Below, piece after piece: positions 11,497-22,770 of a stretch of DNA of 64,000 nucleotides; the stretch's first letter is position 1, and each line of letters starts with the position of its first letter. The DNA is from Paramoeba atlantica (taxonomy: Eukaryota; Protista; Discosea): the NCBI GenBank assembly GCA_977017575.1, contig CDRNVI010000063.1, positions 615,993 through 679,992 of the forward strand, given 5' to 3'. A model generated the notes under the pieces. That model made no database searches. It was not told the DNA's origin and saw nothing but the letters and a program-made list of their open reading frames with translations. The position numbers and the translations under genes are program-made.

Positions 11497-14400
11497 ACCT
11501 TGATATCAAATACACTGCCTTCTTTAGCCCAATTGGCGGACCCTGCGCCGGATGCGCAAACAACAGCCTCCAAGTCCAAACCAGTTGCGCAACCTGAAAT
11601 TCAGCCAGAAGAGTTCTACGACTGCAGCTCACCCGCGTCAGAGGAGAAAGGACAATCACCCAGCCCAGGCCGCATACCCTCGCCCCTGCCGCTTGATGAA
11701 GTGAATGTAGATTCGACGAACAATGCAGACCGACTAACGCAAATTGTGGACGACATGCGCGCAAACGTGAAACCTGAGACTGAGTTCCCATTGACGCCGC
11801 AAGAAGTGGAGTCACATACCAGAAATGCTCGGAAAGGCGACGAATGCGTGGTAGCGTGGTGTTTCGACCAACAAGTATTGTTAAACATCTCTGCTGGCAC
11901 AGTTCAAACGGCGAGATCAAGGGCAGGTGTACGCAGACTGACTGTAAAATACGACGGCCTACAAGGACACTGCAAGGAACGAAGCTTCGCGGGATCGATT
12001 CCTGCTCAGGAAAGTGTGCGCATCTATAAAATTGTATGGATTAACGTTTTGAATAGAGGCGCTCAAGACGAGCAAGTCGCGTCTGCAAAAGATATACCGT
12101 CTGTGAAGCAAACAGTCGAAGATTTGGATTACGAACCTATTCCTACAGTCAGAAACGTAAGCGCTGAATTTATACCGTGCGTGGTGTCGGTTTACCGCGA
12201 TCTTATGAGGGATTATGCAGATTGTGATTATGCTCACCGCTGTCGGATATGGCACAGGGTGCTCTCCGCGATGAAATACTCGCTGGCAGAATTAAGAGAG
12301 CAGTCAGCGCGCAGTCGACGACGTCGCCCAGTGCTTACGCAATCCGAGCTTCAAGAAAGAGAGAAGGACGCGGATGAAGGGCAATTCGCTGATCGCAGAG
12401 CGATAAAAAAAGCCACACGCCTTGTGCTCGAGGGATCGATCTCAAAAGCGGCAAAAGTTCTGGATCAGGTCACGGTAATCAACAAATTATCTGACAAAGA
12501 AACATTTGCCAAACTCCAAAAACTGCACCCTGCGGCTCCTTGCGTTTTCGAATTACCAGCAGACGCGACACAGACAGCGATCATAACAACGGAAGAACTC
12601 CGCGAGGCAGGTCGTCGATTGGCCAAGGGCGCGGCACCCGGTCCATCTGGGACAACGGACGGTATAGTCAGACTGTTGCTCGACGATCAAATCTGTTGCA
12701 CAGCTCTGTGTCACATGTTACTGGATGTTGTAAATGGAGCGATCTCGAAAGACGTGATGGACAGGTTGAAGAGGGCAAGGTTAGTCGCCATACCGAAAGC
12801 AAATGGAAGGGACGTGCGCCCGGTTGCTGTTGGGGAGATTTTTTTCTAAAATTAGCAGAGATCGTCTTGTTGCAAAAATATGAACATTGTCTGCCGCCGA
12901 TTTTTGCTCCGTGGCAATTCGGAGTGGCAACTAAATCAGGATGTGAAACAGTAGTACACCGCCTACATAAACTCTATCAGGAAGGACAATCAATCCTAAC
13001 AATGGACATCAGCAATGCATTCAACACTCCTTGGAGGCAAGACATCGCGAACGCACTCTTCGCGTTCTCTAGTTTGCGACCGTTCTGGAGGCTTTTTCAC
13101 GCTCAATATGCCGAGCCGTCGGAGCTGCTGTATTTTGGATCAGACGGAAAGTTACACGACAAAGTTTTCAGCACAGCAGGAGTTCGACAGGGGTCTCCCC
13201 TTTCTACGCTTCTTTTCTGTACAATGATGCAACCCATCCTCGCAACGCTGGCCTTAGAATTTCCCTCGATCAAAATATTCGCATACATAGACGACATAAA
13301 CTTTGCTTCGGATGATCCTGCACTCCTAACGAAGGCATTTTATAGAGTGTGGGATTTGTTGAATGAAAGAAACATGCAAATGGCAAATCATAAATGTGTG
13401 TGGTTCGGAGGAACGAAGGGCACGGAAATTCCGGAAGTTCTGCGAATGGCGCAAGTCAACGTAGAGAAGGACGCAATCAAGGTTCTCGGCGCTTACGTGG
13501 GAGAAGACGAAAAGGTAGATCCCCTACTACTAGAAAAGCTACAGAAACATAAAACAATTTTCCGTCGGTTAAGTCAGATGGGAGCGAGCAACGTATCTAC
13601 TATCCTGCTCTCTAAATGTGTTAACATTCGTCATCGTTTTCATATTCGCACACACACACCGAACTCCTCTGAAGCGATGGCAAAGGAGTTTGACGGCGAA
13701 GTTGAGAAAGTTCTGAAGACATGGTTCGGACCAATGACGCAAGATCAACTGGACTGGGCAAGGCTTCCCCTTCGTATGGGTGGGCTGGGCCTGCCTTCTA
13801 CTGATGCACTCCTGATGCGCAGTGTGGCTTTTGAGCAGCCAAAATTCCTTTCAGCTCAAGTCACGCCTAGCGAGTCGGACACTGCACCTGTCGCTGAGAT
13901 GACGGCAGTCGAAGTCAAGATGCACAAAGAAGTGAAGGAGCGCCTTCGGAAGAACAAGAAATTTGCAAGAATCATGGACGCTACAACGAAGAAGGGTAGT
14001 TATACATGGATACAAGCAAACGAGCGACTCGTGCCGTCGCGGAAATTCACCTTAGCAGTAATGCCCCGCCTGGGAATGGGCCATCCACGTCTTCCCGAAT
14101 CTCTCACCTGCCCCGGATGCAGAGTTCTTCTAAACAGTGCCACTGCCCTTACACATATTCCGGGTTGCGTCCGATGTGCGGGAATGAATACAACGGTAAA
14201 GCACAACGCACTAGTACGCTATATTCATAATATGTGTCTGCGTGCGGGTATTCCTTGTGAGTTAGAGCCACGGCAATTCTCCACATATGTGTGCACATCA
14301 TGCTCCGAGGTGATCCGAGAAGAACGTCGGCGAGAGCACATTGCGACATGCAAAGGCAGCACGCTACACCGTTCAGGGCCCGATTTGGTTATTTATTGGG

Positions 14401-14872
14401 CGACAGGTGAAATCTTCTATGATCTCACCGTCGTACACGATCTGGCACCATCTCTTGCGGGAACAACACCGGCGAAGGCAATCAAAGATGCGATCGCGCG
14501 GAAAAACACCAAATACGTCTCATCGAATATGTTCGCCGAGGAGCGATTCGCCTGTTTACCGGTGCTGTCAAGTGGCTCGTTGCACGCCCGAACTCGGGAG
14601 CTGCTACGGCTTCTGGCGGAAAAGATTTCTATTGAGCCCAGCAAGGTGGAAAACGATTTCATACTTCTCTTGCAGGAGATGAATGGAAACATTCTCCTAG
14701 GCCAGCTCAGAAAGTACCTGAGCCAAAGCCATGGGGACGATATTTGCGCTTTTTGATGGAATATGCAGTGAGAATCCGTGGTAGGAAGTCTCATAGTTTA
14801 CGAAAAGAATTGTTTGAAGAGGATTCGCAGTTTATATCATACAATTATTAAGACAACGTTTAAAAAAAAAAA
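11497..14872 (+). mobile_element. CRE-type non-LTR element G, probably 5'-truncated; RT-CCHC-RLE; frameshift in the T-run near 12840
   Basis: ORFs 11431..12849 and 12540..14756: RPVAVGE, GVRQGSPLS, YIDD, CPGC...HIPGC, KHNALV, GPDLVIYW...YDLTVVH; poly(A) 14862-14872. Confidence 0.9.
14845..14861 (+). repeat. Single copy of array-A unit (TTATTAAGACAACGTTT) directly before the poly(A) of element G
   Basis: Exact 17-nt match to array A sequence. Confidence 0.85.
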
Positions 14873-14963
14873 TAATTCTGTAAAAAAAAAAATTTTGACA
14901 GGATGTGTTATCACTACATAATGTATATTGATAATTTGTTTTAACGGGGAATTTGAACATTAC

Positions 14964-15128
14964 AGAGATGGAGTTTAAATTACTGTTGCAAGAACAAAAT
15001 GGGCTCGAAGTGTATGCGCAGCTTCGTAGTCACCTGGCCGACAGGAAGGTGCAAGAATTAAGTGTTTAGTGTGATAATCATAATCTATTAATGTCCTTTA
15101 TTAAGACCTTCACCTTTATTAAGACCTT
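14964..15128 (+). pseudogene. Micro-fragment of CRE C-terminus plus two 18-bp-period repeats CCTTTATTAAGACCTT(CA) at 15095-15128
   Basis: Translation EMEFKLLLQEQNGLEVYAQLRSHL matches EMKLTIQELNGLGIYAQLKKYL of ORF 928..1488. Confidence 0.7.
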
Positions 15129-15962
15129 TAGGTAATACAATAGAAGTCTACGCATGGAAATTTAACCGAGGGGCTAATATCGGGTCAAATGACCCGGAAG
15201 GGGGTTATAATTTTCAAAAAAAAAAAAAAAAAAAAAAAAATACACCATCTTCCAGACCATGGGAGGGCACCCCCCTCAAATACACTCCTTTTTGTCGGCA
15301 TCCCCCTTCCCCGTCTCGTCCCATCACCCCCCTGCGCCGCATCCCCCCACCTCACCCTCCCTCCGCAGTGCGCTTGCCCCCCTGTTGTGTTTCTCTCTCG
15401 TGTCCCCCACCCCCGTGTCAGCAGCCAAAAGTATACAATACTTGCTCACGGGGTGGGGGCAGAGTTCCTGGCAGATGGGCCCGTGCTTCGCCTCCTCTCG
15501 CCCCTGCGTCAGTCCCCCCGTGTCTCTCTCCGCGCTCTTCTCCCTCGGCGTGACGACGTCTTTGTGTTTCGTGGCCTCCACGTCTCCCACCCTCGTACGG
15601 CAACCAAAAGTATTTATTACTGCTAACGGGGTGGGAGCGGAGGTGCAGGACCATACGGGCCTGGGTGCATGCGGATCGGTGAGTGGGGTAGGGAGTGAGG
15701 GAAGGGAAGTACGAGAGGGCTAAGAGGAGTAGGTGTGGAAAGTATGGGGAGTAAGGGAAAGTGAAGGGCCGTAAGTGTGGAAATTGTGGAAAAGTTGGAC
15801 TCCATACATAAAAAGTTAGACTCAATACTATTCCCCCCAATTATTTGAAGGAAACCCCCAATTATTTGCAAAAAAAAAAAAAAAAAATCAGAAATCCACG
15901 CCGAGGGGGCTCCATGAAACATATAAGTAACAAACAAATATAAGCAAATACCTATGACTAAT

Positions 15963-16679
15963 TAATAGTTCACGTTTCGAAATTTAGCCGAGGGGCGGCT
16001 ATATATTTGCCTGCTGGCCCTTCGGGGCACATAATTTTCTCAAATTATGATGTAGTATTCTCTAATTGCATGGAGGGGGGTGTTTACTCGTTTGTTATAT
16101 TCTTGTTAGGTTGTTATTTTGTTACGTTTAAAGTTTTGTGTATGAGATCCCAACGTTTACGGGCTCCGTCGGAGCCACGCCAGGAGCGCGATAGATCACC
16201 GAAGCGGAATAGGGCGCCGACACCCATTCAGACCTCCTCCGTCCAAGACCATTCTAAGCGTCAGTCCCTTTCGTGCCCTCCCGTGCGCCCCCCTCTCCCC
16301 CCTCTCCCCACGCAGCCGGCTCCGCAGGTATCCGCGCGACCTCCTCCGATTCCCCCTACTCCTGTCCCAGCGCGCCGAAAGGTACGCCCTTCAGGAAGAG
16401 CACTCAGCCCCGCCCGCGAACCGCCTAGCCCTCTCCCTTCCAACCTTCCCAGTTTGCCTGCGAGCTCCCTCCCTAGCCCGTACCCTTTTCCGCTGGAGGC
16501 TCCCGAGCCCCATATGCGACGAAGAGGAACCCTTAACCCCGACCAGGTTGCGGCTTCTCGCTCGCCGCGCCGTTACGAGGCCCTTGACATTGACCACGTC
16601 GAGTTGCCGCAGCGTTCACGCTGTGATGCGCGTGGGATCATGACACAATCCAGCAAAGAAGAGTTCATCACGAAAGTGA
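15963..16679 (+). other. Pro/Arg-rich ORF fragment with leader, possibly the 5' part of another retroelement
   Basis: MRSQRLRAPSEPRQERDRSPKR...PPLPPLPTQP; composition resembles the YR N-terminus at 21586; cut off by the SL fragment at 16680. Confidence 0.4.
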
Positions 16680-16695
16680 TTTCTGTACCTTGTTG
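16680..16695 (+). other. Retroposed partial spliced-leader exon (3' 16 nt)
   Basis: TTTCTGTACCTTGTTG, 29 nt upstream of ATG 16725. Confidence 0.8.
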
Positions 16696-19600
16696 ATTTT
16701 TACTACTTTGCTTTTCTTTCTTTTATGTCAGAACCTCCCCCGAGGGCGGCGCAAGGCACGCCGTCGCATCCGCAGCAGAACACTGCAGCAGTGAGGTCCA
16801 CTGACGTAAAGGAGCACAACTTGAACTTTACGGAACAAGCGAATAGACACGAGATTGGATCATGGGACCAGTTTGAGGCAAACAAGAAACTCATCCAAGA
16901 CGCTAGCACGTACGACGACCTCATGTACACAACCCCCATTCCGCAGCATATTCCCCTCAACTGGCAAAAGAAGATGGAACACAAAGCGCAAAGCATCGAG
17001 AAAAACCCAACGTCAGACCACGGCCGCCACAACACGAAAGACGAGGAAACCGCTTTTGCCAGTGTTCGGAGAAATGAAATTCTACGAAGAAGTCAAACTG
17101 GAGAGTCATCCTTGAAAATTAAGATCAGAAAAGAGACACGACTGAAGAAAACTCCGAAAAAGATAAAAGTGATACTCCGTAGCTCTGATCTAACGAAGGC
17201 GAACCTCGGACAAGCGGACATGTCACATGACGAAGGATCGGAGAGCTCATCTGCATCAGGATCAGACATCTCGGAGGACGATCGGGTGGCCGAGGTCGCC
17301 GAAGAAACAATGAAAGCTCCGGACCAAATACTAAAGATAATCAACGACTGGGGAAAAGGAACTACTTGCGAGCTACATTGGAAATTCCGCCACAGCAGTG
17401 AGATTTATCAGTCGATTGGAGAAGTTGTTACGCGACATTCTAGAAAAGGTGCAATCAGGGTAAAGATTTCCTACACACCGCAGCATCAGCCAGGTCCATC
17501 AGGATTTCTATATCTACCTGCATCTCACAAGATTAACATCTTCCGATTACGGGTGGTAAAGCTCAACCGTATTGTGACACAAACGCCATTTTTGGATATC
17601 GAAGAAACACAAGATTGTGACACGGGATGCGACTTGGAGCTTCTTCCCCCACTCGCCCACATCGACCCCACGTTTGCCGCTCACGTCATAGCAATCTTTA
17701 GATCAATCCTGCGAGGATATCCCACGCTCAAGCTTATAACAGAGAAAACATCCGTCTGGCACAAGTTTCTAAACGCACCCCGCGACTCACTCACCACTGT
17801 GCGACAAGCGATCCAGCGGAAGTATCATGTGCCAAACAAATTGCGCAACGAGGAGCCGGCGTTCTCCTCACCTGACGAGAAACTTGAACGTGAAGTCGAC
17901 CGCCGATCAATCCGCAGTGCGCTTCGAACGGCTAGGGCTGGTAACCTAAGCAAAGCTACGCGTATCCTCGACAACGTATATTTTGACTCGAACCTTAGCG
18001 TTGAGGAGAAAGTAGCGGAGCTCAAGAGTCTACATCCCGATGGAGAGCGCCCACAAGCTCAGACGGACGCAGACCCCCGAACAGGAATCATCGAAAAACA
18101 CGAACTTCGGGCCGCGATAGAGAAACTGGCTCCGGGAGCTTCCCCGGGCCCTACGGGATTGAGTGAAGCCATGTTGCGCCTACTTGCGGATGACGAGGAA
18201 TCCAGCACCGCGCTCTGCCATATGTAGTGAACGGGGAGATCGCATCGTCGGTGCGTGACAGACTGACACGATGTCGACTAATGGCCATCAACAAACCGCA
18301 GAACGGAATACGACCGATTGCAATTGGGGAGACTCTATTGAAAGTATGTGGCTCGATCCTTCTAAACAGGAACGAAGAGAAACTGAAGAAATTTTTCCAG
18401 CCTGTCCAAAGAGGGATCCTCCAAAAGAATGCGTGCGAGGGAATTGTTCACGAGGTGCTCGATGAATATGACAAGGGACACGCCATCTTGGCGATCGATT
18501 ATAAGAATGCCTACAATACCCCCACGCGTCAAGCAATCTTCGAAGCACTCAAGAAAGACGGCATCTTCAAGCCTTTCATGCGGATTTTTAATCTTGAGTA
18601 CGGGGACTCGTCTGATCTGCTCTTCTTTGCCAATAACTCGCCCCATTCGATCGTGAAGAGCACTTCTGGCGTTCGACAGCGCTCAGCGCTTTCGTCACTA
18701 TACTTCTGTGCCCTGATACAGGATTCGCTCAAAGAAATCGAAGAGTCCTTTCCAGATGTAACGGTTCGAGCGTACATGGACGACATAACCTTGTCATCAA
18801 CAAATCCCCTATCCTTGCAGACCGCCTTTCTACACCTGCACGAATCTTCACGACTTCTGGGACTGGAAATGAACTTCCAGAAATGCGAATGGTTCAAGAA
18901 AACAGACACTCCATGGACGCCCCAAACTCTGCAAGCGATGGGGGTAGCCTGCCCGCAAGAAACAGTGAAAATTCTAGGTGCATATATCGGACAGGACGAG
19001 ATGGTAAGTGAATGCCTAAAGAAAAAGATGGACAAACACAAGTGTCTCTTTCGCCGTCTTCGACTCATGGGACCGAGCAACCTATCCCTCGCAATTCTGA
19101 ATCGGTGCGCCATCCCCCGTCAAGACTATCACCTCCGAGTACACAAGCCCGAAGCATCCCTTGAAATCGCCCAGCAGTTCGACGCGGAAGTAGGCAGTAT
19201 TATTCAGCATTGGTTTAATGCAACGGGCCCTACTGCAAAACTCGCCACACTTCCGCAATATCTCGGCGGACTCGGACTTACTCCGTCATGTTTGAAGCAA
19301 AAGCACTTTTTCCAAGCGTCTCGCAAAGCCATTGAAGAGCAATCCAAAACCAATAACGCTCCGGTGGTCATAGCGGGATCCAAGCGAAACAGGGCTCTGA
19401 ACGAACGTGGCAGCCAGAAGAATGATACTTCCAAGCGATTAGTCATGAAAGCAATACGATCTGAACAAAAACGATTTGCAACCGAGCTGAGAAAGGACAT
19501 GCGCCTCAAAGAACTAATGGAGCGAGGATCCGCATCATTTCACCACCTGCAATCAACCAGCAACTACATCAATCCGTACCTCTTCCGTTTCTGTATAATG

Positions 19601-20700
19601 ATGCGCCTGGGAATAGTGCCAGAAAATATGCCTAAGAGTGTGGTATGCCCGGGATGCCTGACAGAATATTCTTCTGATACCATCTTCCAGCACATTCCTG
19701 GATGTACACAATGCTGTGGGATAAATGCAACGAAGAAGCACACACGATTAGTCCGTTTCCTAGGTGAATTGTGTGCCAAAGCAGGGGTGCCCCATGTTAT
19801 AGAACCTCGAGTACATTCATCATTCTTCTGCACCAAATGTAAGGCCACCATATCCGAAGAGCTCTCTGAACATCACCCATGCAGAGCAAGACGTATGCGA
19901 TCAGGCCCTGATCTCGGTATCATGTGGTCCCATCTCGGAGAAATTCTCTACGATGTCACCGTAGTTCACAGTTGTGCCCCGAGCTATGCCAAAACCTCCG
20001 TCGAGCAGTTAATCCAAAATGCCCTTGAGCGCAAGCACAAAAAATACGTTGTACAAGGAGGCATACCGAAAGAAAGTTTCAGCTGCTTGGCAATGACCGA
20101 ATTAGGACAGTTGCACAACAACACGAAAACTCTCATTGTCTCGCTCGCACAACGGTCACAACAAAACGTGAAGGATGTCAAAGAAGCGTTCCAACTTGAA
20201 ATAGAGAAGATGAACGCGTACACAATTGCCACGCAACTCCGACAATACTTTCCACCAATTCAGTGGCTCGGAGGACTTGAACACTAATCAGAATTTCCTT
20301 TCACTTACAACCTCTATTTGATTTGATAAAATTCCCCGTCATCTCCGTTGATATCATCTCATGATCTAAGTTGATATTAACTTATTTCAGATAAAGAGCT
20401 CATGGAGAGTATTGCTGCTGTTAATGTCTGTACTTTTCTCAATATGCTTTACAATAGGAGGAACCAAGGAGTGAATTTTGTTTGTTTGGAGTGAATTTTG
20501 CTTGTTTTAATAGCTTACTCATTATTCATTCTTCGCTTGGCATGTAACTCAGCCGTTATGGAAAAAGATATTTTATGTATAAAATGGTTTTCTATAGACG
20601 CAAATTAAGAAAATTTCATGTTGGAGTTTCTTGAACACACAACATTCTATAAATTGAATTCATAGTACAGATACTCCAAATTGTAACGGGGCAAAAAAAA
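16680..20700 (+). mobile_element. SL-capped CRE-type element H (LsmAD-like, RT, CCHC, RLE), disrupted by a small deletion near 18225
   Basis: ORFs 16725..18227 and 18227..20287; RPIAIGE, GVRQ, YMDD, CPGC...HIPGC, GPDLGIMW...YDVTVVH; collinear with 44610..48098 (CHMLRDVINGE became CHM*VNGE); 3' boundary uncertain. Confidence 0.88.
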
Positions 20701-20712
20701 TTTGACTGTGAA

Positions 20713-21582
20713 GTGATTGAGCTTCTGCGCAAGGACTACGAGGTCACCGTCGAGGCTGTATGGTCCCTTCCCCGTGACGGCCTACGGCAGACGGTTATAG
20801 GGTTGGTGCATATGACGCATCCTAAGGACCCTAACTCAACTGAGTTGTTCGCCGAGTGGGATGGGGACAAGAACACTGCCTATCGTTTTCCCCATCCCGA
20901 GATCAACTACCACTCTTTGGAACTGGCCCATGTTCGGGCGCAGATGCCGGGTGGGAAACCAGTTGAAGATCTGATCCCCACGTTTGAACGCGTCCGTATT
21001 ACGGACCCGAAAGGCTTCTCCCCCTACGATCCGGTTACTTGGCAACCGTGGATCGACACGGATGATTTGTTCAAGCCACGTGAACTCACCCGTGAGCTGC
21101 GCGAAGCTCCGCAGCTTGGGGTACGCTTCAACCCTCCGCCGCAGCGTGAGCGCCTGTTCAAGATGTTAACTGAATGGGTGTACGCTGCGTGCAATACGGA
21201 GGGATGGCTAGAGAAGCACAACCTCGCCGTAGCCCTTCTCATCATCGAAGAGCTTCGCAACCATTATTGGGCTGCGGCGGGCGTTGCTGTCGAGCGTGTG
21301 CAACAGCGGTTGCACCGTGACGACGACCCTCAGGACCGCTACGGTCAGCTTGTGGTTGACGAGCAACTGAGGGGCCGGACTGCGCAGCGTGCTCCTCGTC
21401 GACGCAGCCAAGGACCTTTCTGTTTTGGCTGTCATCAGCCAGGCCACCTCCGATCGAACTGCCCCCAAGCGTCCCAACAGCAGGGGGGGCAGTTCCGTAC
21501 CACACGCACCCCGCAACAGGATTTTCGCGGCGGGGTGGTGGGCGGCGCCAACCGTTACGGCGCAACACGGGCTTTCCACTAG
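20713..21582 (+). CDS. Gag-like protein with CCHC zinc knuckle, probably 5'-truncated
   Basis: CFGCHQPGHLRSNC; ORF opens at GTG directly after an A-run. Confidence 0.8.
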   Translation: MIELLRKDYEVTVEAVWSLPRDGLRQTVIGLVHMTHPKDPNSTELFAEWDGDKNTAYRFPHPEINYHSLELAHVRAQMPGGKPVEDLIPTFERVRITDPKGFSPYDPVTWQPWIDTDDLFKPRELTRELREAPQLGVRFNPPPQRERLFKMLTEWVYAACNTEGWLEKHNLAVALLIIEELRNHYWAAAGVAVERVQQRLHRDDDPQDRYGQLVVDEQLRGRTAQRAPRRRSQGPFCFGCHQPGHLRSNCPQASQQQGGQFRTTRTPQQDFRGGVVGGANRYGATRAFH

Positions 21583-21585
21583 GAA

Positions 21586-22770
21586 ATGCCCCCCACCCCA
21601 ATTACTGCTCGTGCCCGTCGTCCCAGGCGACGACGGGTGGATATTCTTACCCCCGTTTCCTCCCCGTCTCTCCGCCAGCGCGAAAGACGGCCACGCGTGC
21701 GTGGCACTACTCCTCCTCCCCGCCCTCTCTCCCCGTTACGTCTAAGGCGCAGAAGCGTCTCCCTCCCAATCCGTCCTCTACCCCGGCTTCCCGTTCCCGT
21801 TTACACCGCCGCCAAGACCGCCGCCGCCAAAACCGCTGCCGTCGTAACCGCCGACGCCGCGCAGCCTCCAGGAGGACGCCGCCAGGAGCTGCTGAGGGCG
21901 ATTCTTCGAATGCCCCCCGAGGACCCGCGCGCCACTCAATTGGGCGAGGCGCTCAGACCCATGTGGGCAACGGCCACGTGGGCCACAAGGGAGCGACTGT
22001 GGTTCCGCCTGCGCGAGTATTGCCAGGCGAAGGGAATCACCGCGAATCCTGCAAACGCGGTGCTCTTCCTGGAGACTCTGCCTCTCGCTACCTCGACGCG
22101 CATGGGGTACGCAGGGGCATTGAGGACTCTGTTCGAGCTCATGGGAATCGAAGGTACCCCATTGAGTCTCTACGTAAAGGCCCTGCAAGCTCAGGGGGGG
22201 CTAGAACCCACGCGGCAGATGCTACCAATCACGCCACTTCTTCTAAAGAAGCTGAGACGTCATCTCGACGTAAAGGAGAGCATATGTTGCCTCCTGTGTT
22301 GGAAAGCCGCTGCGAGATGGACCGAGACCGCCGACCTGAGGCGGGAGCAGTTCGTGAGTGTGGCCAGTCACGAGGTAATCATTTATTGGGGCAGGGGGAC
22401 CAAGACAACCCGTCTGAATCCTTACCGGCCGTACCTCTACGCGATAGTGACTGGACCGGGGACACCCGAACTGGCTCAGTTTGTGGGAAGTTTGAGACCA
22501 GGCCAGCGCCTGTGTTACACGACGGTCCGGGAGATGGACCACAGGATGAATCAACTTCTCGGTCCGGGGTATGGAACACATTCCATAAAAAGAGGTGCAA
22601 TTACTTACCTATTCCACGAGATCTCCCTCGGGAATCTCAGGATGGAGGACGTCCAGAACCTCACGAAACACCTCAACGTCGAATCACTGTTGCGCTACAA
22701 CGCAAGCAGTATTACAACGGCAAGGGCTCTAGGGACGCAGAGAGTCTCAGCACGTCTCCCAGTGCTGTAA
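21586..22770 (+). CDS. Tyrosine recombinase
   Basis: Catalytic pattern WKAAARW...THSIKRGA...TKH...LLRY; Pro/Arg-rich N-terminus. Confidence 0.85.
   Translation: MPPTPITARARRPRRRRVDILTPVSSPSLRQRERRPRVRGTTPPPRPLSPLRLRRRSVSLPIRPLPRLPVPVYTAAKTAAAKTAAVVTADAAQPPGGRRQELLRAILRMPPEDPRATQLGEALRPMWATATWATRERLWFRLREYCQAKGITANPANAVLFLETLPLATSTRMGYAGALRTLFELMGIEGTPLSLYVKALQAQGGLEPTRQMLPITPLLLKKLRRHLDVKESICCLLCWKAAARWTETADLRREQFVSVASHEVIIYWGRGTKTTRLNPYRPYLYAIVTGPGTPELAQFVGSLRPGQRLCYTTVREMDHRMNQLLGPGYGTHSIKRGAITYLFHEISLGNLRMEDVQNLTKHLNVESLLRYNASSITTARALGTQRVSARLPVL

Noticed and set aside
12835-12850. Programmed frameshifts in elements G (about 12840) and D (about 37085)
   Set aside because: Both fall in homopolymer runs, and relatives E and F are single ORFs; mutation or sequencing error is more likely
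15189-15940. Cluster of short overlapping ORFs on both strands
   Set aside because: Low-complexity C-rich then G-rich sequence between two A-runs, with no protein motifs; probably a non-coding retroposed fragment
21963-22770. Overprinted 270-aa N-terminal extension of the RT ORF within YR
   Set aside because: No recognisable motifs; overlap of YR and RT frames is ordinary for YR retroelements, and translation from 21963 is unsupported
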